From contig JYFJ02001009.1 of assembly GCA_000934665.2 (NCBI GenBank), positions 1 to 64,000 of the forward strand: a stretch of 64,000 nucleotides of DNA, in the 5' to 3' direction. The DNA is from Catajapyx aquilonaris (taxonomy: Eukaryota). Both the position numbers and the translations under genes were made by a program. How positions within the stretch are numbered: the stretch's first letter is position 1; each line of letters begins with the position of its first letter. The notes under the pieces were generated by a model. The model was given only the letters and a program-made list of their open reading frames with translations, was not told the DNA's origin and did no database searches. Below, piece by piece: positions 1-10,981 of this stretch.

Positions 1-233
1 ATAGGGGTGCTACCAAAATCTGGACAAACAAACAAACAGGCTTTGCCTTTTATAATAAGTAACAGACATATCCTTCACATATATTGCTCATTTCTGGTTT
101 TTTTTTTGTTTAACTATGTCATTTCCCATAATATTGAATATGTAAGAAGAAAAAATTTAAAGTGGTAATTTTCCAACAGATACCACAAAACCCAGTAAAT
201 ATATTTCGACAACATCTTTAAAAATATTAATAG

Positions 234-342
234 TTTAAAATATTAATGAATTATTAATCGGTTAAAAATATTAATGAATTATTAATTGGTTTAAAATATT
301 AATGAATTATTAATTGGTTTAAAATGTTAATTAATTATAATT
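234..342. repeat. AT-rich 28-bp tandem repeat (~3.5 copies)
   Basis: Unit GGTTTAAAATATTAATGAATTATTAATT; the GG dinucleotide recurs at 260, 288 and 316. Confidence 0.85.
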
Positions 343-2423
343 TAGGGAAACTACATCGCAGCTTAAACATACCTGTAATTATTTCTTGCATTGCTGTCAT
401 TATTGAGAGTCATTGTTGCCATTTTATTCTGACGCTTATACCAGATTATGCAACCGCAACTTTTAGAGAGTGATTTTTAATTGCTTTTTCCTCCAGCCAT
501 CGCCCCCCCCNCCCCCCCCCCCCCCCCCCACGTAGTTTGACCATATTGGCCAAATATTTTTCTTCTTCTTCTTCATAATCGAGCTTGATCGGACATAACC
601 CACATTTTTCGCAAGTAATCTCCCATCAGCTCGTATTTGCTCATAAGTGCAACCAGGCACGAATAGGTCGCGTTTTGAACTCTTCCCCTTTAGACCGTCC
701 ATCAATCGGCAGGCAATAGTTTTCTCTATGCCAATCCAGTTTTCTCACGGCAGCATAACACACTGGGAATAATGCTAAAGGGATAAAGAGAGGTCCTCTT
801 GATGCTCATACCATCGGACAACACCAAAAAGATGATGATGATGGTGGTGATGATGATGATGGCGCCTACTTTCCCTGTAGCCCAGTAATCCACCTTGAAC
901 GTGAATGAGGTTGAATCGCGATCGAGAGTCCCTTTTTGCGAAAGATGATAAGTCTGCTCATCAAACCACCTCCCACGTGGATGCACTTCTTTTTTGTGTG
1001 TGTGTGTGTACAGCAAGACTTCTTCTTGGCTCCAAGCCCACCAAAAGAAATGCCCCGATTTATTGCCCCACACGTTACATAACAGAGAGACACCGATTAT
1101 GCATTTGCCAGCACAGGGTCCCCAATAATCTGGTTGAAATATGACCCACCATTTTGCACGCAATTTCTTTTTTGTAAAGAGAATGAGAGCATTCCTATAT
1201 GGCTAATGATGCGGAGTCATGTCGCCCATTTCAGCACCAAATTGAGTCGCCGAAAAACGAGTTTCAGTGAGAGTAATTGCGCTAAATGAGCCCTCTAAAA
1301 GTATTATTGCACCGTGTTGGTCCTAATGAAAAGGTTTATGACAATTAAGGACCGTAATATTATTTACGAATTACGTGATGTAATTTTATAAACAGGTGAG
1401 GTAACAGCAATTATTGTTTTTAATTGGAGTCATTTGTTGGTAAATATTATTTACGAGCGTCTCCATCATCTAATGGGGGGTAACCTTTGTTAATAAAATT
1501 GTGAATAAAATACAGTATTATTTACCATTTTTACAATAAAATTGTAAATAAAAATTGTGCCGGGGAAAAAAAAATTTGATGTACAAAATTGCGTGATATA
1601 ATATTTTCTAGACAGCATGGCAGAATCTGATTAGTGATAAATATTCGCAATTTTTGTTGCGCAAATATTACAAAACCGACTAATGGATTTAAAAACCATC
1701 TTCCTGATCGTATTCCACAGGAACAGGTACGGATATCTGAAGCTAATCGGGACAAGTCTTTTAGCTTTCATTTTTTTTTAAACTAACGCCAAATCGTGCG
1801 GGCTTTATGTAACGCACGTGTTGGTTTCACCGCCTTTAGTGATAACCCCCATCCATATAATTTCAATAACGAACAATTATTGTTGCGCTGAAATCATTAT
1901 TATATCAGTAGGTGGGTGCATTTTAATGGGTTTGGCTTGTATGGGAAAGGGTCAAGTGCGTGGGCGTTTGGAGGATGACCTCAACCGTGGTCCATTACAA
2001 TCCTCAAATAACTCATTGCTACTATAATACCAGTGTTTTGGTGGCTGTAATCAACGGGTATAGAAGAGGAAACTGGCTTTGGTGAAATGTGGGTCCAGAG
2101 CGTGGTCCCATCAGACACGATAATGCTCATTTGAGAAAAAGCGAAAGTGGTAAGGGAGCATGGCTAATACGCATGACCTGATGTATAGGGATGGGAGAAA
2201 AAGATGGGCGAAACACGCCAGGGCTTGAAGACGCTCCTGAAAAGAACGACGATTTCTGCCTGCATTTCCACCAGTGAAAGTGTATCGTAATGTATGTCAA
2301 GATCCTCGGTTGTCGAAACGGGAGCCATCCAGAATCCAGAGGGGGTAGGTCTTGCAAGTGGCCATACCTGTACCGGCCTGGATGATAGAAGATGAACTCC
2401 TCCCCCATGACACCTCTTTGGGG

Positions 2424-2433
2424 TATATATAAG
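2424..2433 (+). promoter_or_regulatory. TATA box of the + strand chitin-binding protein gene
   Basis: TATATATAAG about 85 nt upstream of the ATG at 2510. Confidence 0.6.
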
Positions 2434-2509
2434 AGGAGAGCAGGCACAACATGGCCCAAGTGTTTCACAAGTTTGGAGGACTGTCCAGTAACGTCAGATA
2501 TTAGGAAAG

Positions 2510-3651
2510 ATGCAGCAGACCGCAGTTCTTCTCTGCCTCGTGGGCATTGCAGTGGTACCGTACCAGTAGTACTACAGTTTGAGTACATAAATTGTGTGAT
2601 ATTTTGTGTCTTCAGGCGCAGTATAACTACCCGGCACCTAATGGACCTGGTGGTGGAAGATTCGGAAATGGCGGTGGTTCTGGTGGTAATGGTGCAGGTG
2701 GTTCCCGTGGAGGTGGAGGCAATGGTGGTCAGCAGCAACAAGATGAAGAAAGCAGTGGTGGAGAGATACCCGGAGAGGCTGGAAAGGACTACCCAGTGTA
2801 CGCAGAGGTGCCTGAAACCAGCTTTACCTGCGAGAGTCAACAGTACCCAGGCTACTATGCTGATCAAGATGCGGGATGTCAGGTACGTGTATGTCCCTTC
2901 AGGACAATAGCGTGACCGTTGCTAAAGTGCAATTTGCCCGGAAGGTATTGTTCGTGATGCGCACCCAAACTACGGGGGTTAATTAGTCTATATCACCATA
3001 AGCGCACTTTCACCCCCTCATCATCATCATCTAGAATTGCATCATCGGCTTTCACAAAAGTGCCATCTTTTCGTACAGAGCAATTATCCAGGTTAACCGG
3101 GGTGATTTCCTGATTGCATAATAATTGAAGGATGCTGCTGAGAAAACCTGCTCAATTTACAGGTCTTCCACATCTGTCAGGACCAAGCAGGTGTTATTAG
3201 GAAGGACTCCTTCTTGTGTCCCAACGGTACTGTGTTCAACCAGCAGTACTTCGTGTGTGACTGGTGGTACAACTTTGACTGCAGCACAGCCTCACAGTTC
3301 TTCGAGCTCAATGCACAGATTGGACAGGTTGATTCGGCTGGGATTGGACCTGGAGGACAGCAGACTGGAGGACCAGGATACCCATCTGGTGGTCCATCTG
3401 GAGGTCCATCTGGAGGACCAGGCTATCCATCTGGAGGACCAAGCCGTGGTAGCAATGGCGGACCTCGAGGACCTGCTGGAGGCAACGGTGCTGGTCCTGC
3501 TGCTGGACAGAACGGACGTCCCAGACCCAACAATGCGTACCTGCCTCCAACCAGAAATGGTGGTGGTCAGCCTGGTGGGACATTCCAGGGTGTCCAGCCT
3601 GGAAGTCCCCAGCAGCCTCCCAACAACAGGTACTTGCCTCCAAGGCAGTAA
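2510..3651 (+). CDS. Secreted Gly/Pro-rich cuticular protein with one ChtBD2 (peritrophin-A/CBM14) domain, CPAP1-like; 266 aa
   Basis: join(2510..2554,2616..2882,3163..3651), GT-AG introns, frame conserved. Signal peptide MQQTAVLLCLVGIAVA. Six-Cys domain ...YAEVPETSFTC..YPGYYADQDAGCQ|VFHIC..SFLCPNGTVFNQQYFVCDWWYNFDC. GGP/GYP-rich tail with two YLPP motifs. AATAAA at 3862. Confidence 0.92.
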
Positions 3652-5319
3652 TTGTAATCATCAAACGATGGAACAGCTCAAGTATCCATTAGCGCCCTTG
3701 CAACTTTCCTCATCCACTGGCGATACGCTCTTGGTCTTTATATTTGTTGTACATATTAGCATGGTTAGTGAGTTCTTCTTCTACTGTACCTTCGATGACT
3801 ACTACTACTACTTTTGTATAAAACTGTTGCTGCTATGTACAGTTGTATTACAGTTTCCAGAAATAAAATGACACCTTTGATACCTTACGTTATTTCCAAA
3901 ACTCATCTATTCCAACGGATATAGTGTCTGTTAAAATGTTATTCAAAGTCATTGCTGCTATGCTGAAAGAGAAGCCGAAATAAACTGCTACCAAATAAAT
4001 GGAATCAACAAAAAAAAACGTTAACTGTGACATAACTATAATGCAATTATGGTCACTTTCTGAAACTAGTTATTTAACGCTCACAAACATGTAGAGCAAT
4101 TTGTTGCATTTCTACCATTTAATACCACAAATTAGTATAGCCATAGTATAAATATCGTGCAATGCATGTGTACTAATTATTCAATATACATGACGCCCAA
4201 AATGCGTAATGGCTTTATAGTTATATCACACGCTAAATATCAGGCGAGTGTTGAATGCTGGTATCGCCAGCACAGGTAAAGAGTGCGCTAAAATATTGAT
4301 GACAGAGTACGTTATGTGCTTGCAAAAGTAACTACAATATTTCAATGTGTAAACGAGATGAATTATTATTAAGTAAGACAATTTGCAGCGCACTTGAAGA
4401 AAAAAAAGTGTGCTTTAAAGTAATGCGTGCCAAATTTAAATGTTCAAACTTGCTCAGTTCCAAAGTTTAAAAGTTGCCGTGTTCTAATTTTCAAAATGTA
4501 GGCCTACTAGACGCATAATGCACCTTTCATAATGTTCACTTGTTTTGAGGTTATCGCACATTTTTTATATAAAAAAAGTCTGCTAATAAGTGCACATCGT
4601 GAGGGGCCTCTTTGGTTTTTTTTCTTTTTTTAAAAAAAAAAACTGAAACATGCTCATAATACAATCACAACCAGCACTTACCTTGCTACTTGTCAAAAAG
4701 GAAGGGAAGATTTTCTGCTTGCGTGCATACGTCAGGTTTACACCAGATTCCACAGTTGTCTCGTCATAACACTTCATGATGCCATAACCTGCAAAGAAAA
4801 AAAAAAGGAGCGTGTTAAATTATTGTTTCAGGGCTCATGATGCTCGTCTGCCAAAATACTAACATGGTAATGTTGTATTCATTGCATAATTATTGTCATT
4901 GTTGAATGCTAGTTAAAAAAAAAGAGGATTCAAAGTGATTGTATAGTGAAAAATGCACGTTATACAGGGGGTGAAATAAATATTTATTTTTATTTTATTG
5001 CACAGCTCCAAGTATGATACAATGTGTAACTTGCACATTTATATAATATTATCCCTTTACAATATAATATAATATACACGTTTCCTAAATTCCCAGCCAG
5101 AGGGAAGCATCTATCGGCTTGGTTCAACCTTATACAAAATGGACTGCGAGCGAAAGTGACAAGAGGCAAGTGAAGCGGTTCATAAGAAGAATCCATTGCA
5201 GCAACTAGTGGTAAGAAAACATTACTGTACTTACTAAAATATACTGGCCTATGTTTCCCCACCCAGAAAAAGAAAAAGCCTAAAGCATTGTAAATTGCGG
5301 AACCGTGCAATTTGACATT

Positions 5320-8255
5320 TTACTTTCTGAAAGGTGCTCCGTATGTATTGGAAGGTGCGCCGTACTGCTCTGAAAGACCCTGAGACTGCTGGTAGCCTCC
5401 GAAGCCGTTGCTGGAGCCTCCAGGAGCACCGTATGATGATGATGGACCTTCACCACCACCATTGGCTGCGGTTCGGGCTCTCAGACTTGCAAAAGCCTGG
5501 TTCCGCCTCTGGTTCTGTTGGGTACGTCCGCCTGGAGCTCCATAAGAGGTGGACAGCCTCGATGAACCGTTGCCGTGGCCGTTGCCGTGGCCGTTGCCGT
5601 TGCCGTTGCTTCTAGGAGCGCCGTAGCTGCTGGACAAACCGGCAGACCCTCTGAAGCCGTTTCCATGTCCGTTACCGCCTGGTGCGCCGTATGAGGACGA
5701 CAATGCTGCGGAACCTCTGAAGCCATTGCCGTTGCTGTGTCCGTTGCCGTTGCTGTGTCCGTTGCCGTTGCCGTTGCCGTTTCCTCCAGGAGCGCTGTAA
5801 GCTGCAGACAGTCCAGATGATCCCCTGAAGCCATTGCCGTTGCTTCCAGGAGCTCCGTATGATGCAGACAGAGCTGCAGACCCACCGTTTCCATGCCCAT
5901 TTCCATTACCTCCAGGAGCCCCGTATGCGCTGGACAACCCCCCGCTGTAACCTCCGTTGCCGTTGCCGTTGCCGTTGCTGTATCCGGCAGATCCAGAGTA
6001 TCCACCACCATTCCCGCCGAATTGCTGCTGAGGAGCGCCATACGACCTGGAGACACCATTTCCGTTTGTCCCAAACTCTGATGAGAATCCATTGCCTCCA
6101 GCAGTGTACCGGTCAGGTCCTCCACGTCCGTTACCGTTCCTGGAAGGTGCTCCGTACTCCCTAGCCGGACTGCTCCTGCCGTTTTGGTATCCGTTTCCGT
6201 TTCCGTTTCCGAATCCTCTAGGACCACCACCCTGGATAGGTGCACCATACACGGCGCTGATGGCGTTGGCAGACGGAGCTCCGTACACATCCCGTGGGCT
6301 CTGTCCGATCAGGGAGTTCAGGTTGTAGTAGTTCTCTGCCTCCGAGCATTCGAAGTTGTACCACCAGTCGCATACAAAGTACTGCTGGTTGAACACGGTT
6401 CCGTTGGGGCAAAGGAATGAGTCTTGTCGTCCGGCATCCTGGCAGATGTGGAAGGCCTGAAAGTTGGGGGCAAATTAATTTACTGGATGTGGACTGAATG
6501 TAATGAGGCTCAAAGGGGGGTAATTTACAGCTGAAGTGCAACATTTTTTTAAAAAGACACGATTAAGATAGCGAAGGTGAAGACGACACGCAATTAAAAC
6601 GGAGGCTCAGATGACCGGTGCAATAAAAGGTTTAATTAATTACTGTACTAACCAGTTAGCGTGACACCGACAAATAATCGGCGTAAATTACGCCACTTTT
6701 TTTTACGCCTATAATTTAACACCTATCAATACGCTGATTACGCTCGATATTACCAAACGACCCATGAAATAATCCTATTCAGCAACCCAGCATGATAGGA
6801 GCGTAATGATAAAGACAGGACATGACCTGAAAAATGATTGAGTCCACTTTAATGCACGGTCTTGCTCGACTTTAAACCCTGGCTTCCCATCCGTCAATGT
6901 CCAACCTCATTACGAAACAAGTTTCGCTATTACGCGCTCGTTACAACCCTTTTTTTTTGTTGCTGACTAACACCTTAGGACATCTTATTACACACCTTCG
7001 CGCCCAGTCATTTTAAGGATCCATCTCTTAGCAAATTTGGCAAAACTTTAATGAGATGGCCCGCCGATTTACCACATAGTACTATTTTTCATTCATAGAT
7101 GGCGCATACACTCTCTGCTCACTCCGCCACTGAAGTCGTGCGAGAAATAGTAGTACTACCAGCCCATTAGTCGAAGGATGGTATGCTGTTGTTTGTATCT
7201 AGTTTTCAGCTACATTGTTACGCATTTCAGCGTCCTCACCTGGCATTGAGCCTCTGGGTCTGCGTAGTATCCTGGAAGCTGCTGCCTATCACAAGAAAAG
7301 CTCGTCTCTGGAACCTCGGCGTAGATGGGATAGTCCTCTCCTGGGTTCCCTGGCACTGCTTCAGACAGTTCGGCCAGCTCCCTCTGGGCTGTGTAGTCCT
7401 CGTACCCTCCTTGGGCACCAGGGTACGGTCCTCCTGATGACCCTCCTCCGTTGGTGTACCCTGCTGAACCACCCCCATTGGTGTACCCTGCTGAACCACC
7501 CCCGTTGCTGTACCCTGCTGACCCACCCCCGTTGGTGTACCCTGCCGAACCACCTCCGTTGCTGTACCCTCCGCCATTTCCGTTGGTGTATCTAGACGAA
7601 GCGCCGTTGGAGTATCCGTTGCCACCACCGTTGCGTCGAGCTGGGTACCCGCCTGATGGAGGTTCTGCCCTTGAGCCGGACAACAACAGGCCTGCAAACC
7701 AGGTTTCAAGTCATAGTCGCCATATATTGTTGACAACAATGAGGAGTAATGAGTTGTATAACATGCAAAGCAACAGTAGTATCACCAGACAGAGGTTCTA
7801 GTTGTTACCAATTTTTTTTTTAAATCCATAAGTCTCGATATTTAATGGCTTTAATATTTGGCCTTTTACCTCAATACAGAGCAACGTAAAAATATCTACA
7901 TGATAGACCCGAGAGAAAAATGCACTACTATCATAATCACATTCTGATCAAAATTGATATAGCAATATTTTGTAATATCATGTTTGAGTAGCACTTTATC
8001 ATCAAGTAAAAAAATGTATATTTCTGTCGATTACAGTCTCACAAAGAAATTTTTTGAAAACAAATTATCTCATGCCGCCAAATCATTGCAAAAATTTGTG
8101 CTACAAAAAATATTCAATAGTCGAGCAAAATTACTGCAATGTTGCATAAAAATTGTCACAAGGCAACACTACCTTTATGCAAAAAAATTTAACCCGGTTA
8201 GCACCGTACCATTGTTGCACTTACCAAAGGCACAGAGATACGCGAGACACTGCAT
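5320..8255 (-). CDS. Pro-resilin-like cuticular protein with ChtBD2 domain; 539 aa
   Basis: complement(join(5320..6456,7240..7691,8225..8255)). Signal peptide MQCLAYLCAFGLLLSGSRA followed by EPP. Five GY[S/T]NGGGS[A/S] repeats. ChtBD2 (ETSFSC..LPGYYADPEAQCQ|AFHIC..SFLCPNGTVFNQQYFVCDWWYNFEC). Then 12 YGAP and 1 YSAP repeats separated by GN-rich spacers. Minus-strand AATAAA signals near 4983-5000. Confidence 0.9.
7435..7570 (-). repeat. Coding 27-bp tandem repeat (GY[S/T]NGGGSA x5)
   Basis: The + strand unit GTACCCTGCTGAACCACCCCCGTTG(G/C)T recurs within exon 2 of the resilin-like gene. Confidence 0.85.
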
Positions 8256-8447
8256 GGTGCGTGTGACGAGCTGACCGACTCTGTAGTCCCTGCTGACCAC
8301 CGACGTGGACCGCAGATTGACGTTGGGTCCTCTCTTTGCAACCACAGATGGAAGGGAGGTTGTTGAAGCCTCTTCTTCTCTACTCTATCTCTTTTTTTTG
8401 GTGGGTGGGTGAGATGTCCGAACCTCCCAGAAAGGACCAAACAGGAG

Positions 8448-8485
8448 GACTGATGGCCACTGAGGATCTCTTCACTCCTTTTATA
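8448..8485 (-). promoter_or_regulatory. TATA box and Initiator of the resilin-like gene
   Basis: Minus-strand TATAAAA at 8485-8479 and arthropod Inr-type TCAGTC at 8453-8448, about 200 nt upstream of the ATG. Confidence 0.55.
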
Positions 8486-10767
8486 CCAACTCTTCATCCC
8501 TTTCGAAGGAGGGGGAGGTAGAGAAAGTGTCGCGGGGCAAAAGAAGCTGAAGGCTTACAACATCTTCCGACATTGGTCTGCTCTGATTGCAGACCCATCC
8601 AGTTCACATTAGCATCCCCCCCCCTTCCATACAGATCCAGTTTCCACACTCCGTGATGCTGGGAGGGGATCTTATGATGACTCGGTATGCATCCATGGAT
8701 GGACGTTACAGCCTCCCCCAACATCTATCAAACCAACGCCCTATGGGGCTCACACGATGCCCCAAAACTTGTGACGGTCAGGGTAACCCAGTATGTCCCC
8801 ACCCATATGAAGAAGCCTTTCTCTGCTCCTAAGGATACAGGTTCCACCCAAAGTGCATCTCGCCATGGCAAATCCGCAATAACGTTCGTTTAGCTGTTGC
8901 TACCACAATGGTTCTTTCTTCAGACAACATGACACGGTATCATCTCATGACACGCCGTAGGAGTACAAGATGGTTCCTATCCGCACCTTGTAATCGCCAT
9001 CAACCGAAAAGTGTCTGGGGGTGTAGACGGCACCCTATAAATTAACCCTTCAAGATGACTGCCAGCCCGAGACATCAGGTCCGACATGCTGATGATCATT
9101 TTTTTAAATTGTACTGCCCGTATAACAATTACAAACCAAGGTTAGAAAATGAGTGTCGGAATTTTTTTTAATGTCGACTCATCATTCTGTGCATATATTA
9201 ATCGTATATGAAACTGGGGCTGTACCATATATGAAAATCTCGAAGGCATGTCATCATTAATAGCGGGCAAGGAAAACGGGATGCCATAGCCTTAGGTGTT
9301 TTCTTCTTTACAGCTCCTGTGAGTTAGGCCCTCCTCCCATAGATCACGATTTTTAGGACCAAACTGGGCCAATTTTTTTTATGTGGAGCTCGATTTCATT
9401 ACCCTCTCTTGGGGTATTGCTTGTAAGAACCACTCAAGTGAGCAATGCCATCTTAATGATCAGTTTTTTGGGTGCGGGGGTGGATGGAATTTTCAATGCT
9501 CAAGTGTGTCAAAAAAATTGCGTCATTTTAACAATCAGGTTAGTCGATTGGACGATTATATGTGTTGCAAGCATTGTTGTCTTACAGTCTATAAACATAC
9601 CCTTGGCCCCTTTTGCTCTGACTAATAATATTTCAAAAAAAAACTTAGTCAAAAAACACACACACAAATTGTTTATGAACAGAAGAAGATAATGGGAAAT
9701 GGAAAAAAAGTATTTAACCTGATATAAATCATGGCAAGGACTTATGAATTTTAAAAAAACAACAGCGAACCAAACTTCTCGCAATAAATCTTTCTCTAAG
9801 GGCATCTTTTCAAATTGCTTTGGAACGTCTCTGTCGCGACCTGTTTCTCTGCAACATATCATGTGTAATAATATTGTCAAAAAAAAATTCAGGCCCCGGA
9901 TATTGACATGTAATTACAGCAGGTTTGTTCATGTTATTCACTCTTACATCAGAGCTAGTTATTTGATTTTAGGTATAGACGTTTTCACAAAAAAAAGTGT
10001 CCTCCCGAGGACACCATCCAGGATAGTAAATCAGACACCTTTTAGTCACAAAAGATTCATTGTTGGCCTCTCAGTAAACATCACACATACCAGTCCGAGC
10101 CAATAACTCAAAATGGGCTCGTAAATGCGAAAATGACCATGTTTTGAGCTCTAAAATAGTGGTTTGTTTCATTGGTTTCTCAGCCAGCAACAAGTAAGAG
10201 CCTATAATTACCTGGCACTTTCACTGGTAATTGGAACGATGTTAAGACTAACCTTGCCCACTGTATTTTAGAGGGTTTCCTTATTACGTCAGTTGGAGAT
10301 TCTTTTGGCTCGACGGAAACGGAACTTCTTTGAACCTCATGGTCAAGATTCGTTTGGTGGGCGGTAAGGAAGGTTCTTTGCTTAGGTTTTGAAACGTCTT
10401 CTTACGAGGGAAAGGAAGGACGTCTAAGGTAGTTTCGTGACAACACAAAAATTGTTCAAACTAATCATTCTTAAAACACTTCACACACGCCCTTGCTTTG
10501 ATACCAGTCTAACATATCACCAAGAAAAATGGCTTTGCACACAAATGTTTGTTACGAATATAGATAATGTATTAAAATTTTTCCGAATTTTAAACTGATT
10601 ATTGTCCATATTGTTTTGACAGAGGCGTACTTCGATTGCGATGTTCTGACAACGTTGTAAGAAGCTCATGCTAACTGATCACCTGTCTGATTGATTGACA
10701 AGACAGATAGGGGCAGGTTAGGTGGTCCTTGCCAGTTAGACGTACATGAAAGCTCTCACACCTTGCA

Positions 10768-10981
10768 AGGTTAGGATAGGTTAGGATAGGTTAGATTAGG
10801 TTAGATTAGGTTAGGGTATGATAGGATAGCCTCTCCTAACATAATCTAACCTATCCTAACCTAATATATCCTATCCTAACCTAATCTAACCTATCCTAAC
10901 CTATCCTAACCTAATATAACCTATCCTAACCTAATCTAACCTATCCTAACCTATCCTAACCTATCCTAACCTATCCTAACC
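10768..10981. repeat. Head-to-head degenerate (TTAGG)n / (CCTAA)n pentamer arrays
   Basis: TTAGG/ATAGG/TTAGA units at 10768-10829 are followed directly by CCTAA/CCTAT/TCTAA units at 10835-10981. Confidence 0.9.

Noticed and set aside
234..342. CRISPR-like periodicity
   Set aside because: Contiguous tandem units without unique spacers, in a eukaryotic context; an ordinary minisatellite.
2127..3871. Long ORFs 2127..2867(-), 2392..2910(+), 3125..3871(+), 3308..3664(-)
   Set aside because: Antisense or alternative-frame shadows of the Gly-rich cuticle protein exons.
5334..7801. ORFs 5481..6290(-), 7236..7739(-), 7451..7801(+) and similar repetitive peptides
   Set aside because: Off-frame readings of the resilin-like coding repeats.
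7808..7829. Alternative first exon for the resilin-like gene (MDLKKKL)
   Set aside because: Wrong phase for exon 2 and not a signal peptide; 8225..8255 fits phase, start context and signal sequence.
9042..9060. TTAACCCT piggyBac-like left end
   Set aside because: No matching right terminus found.
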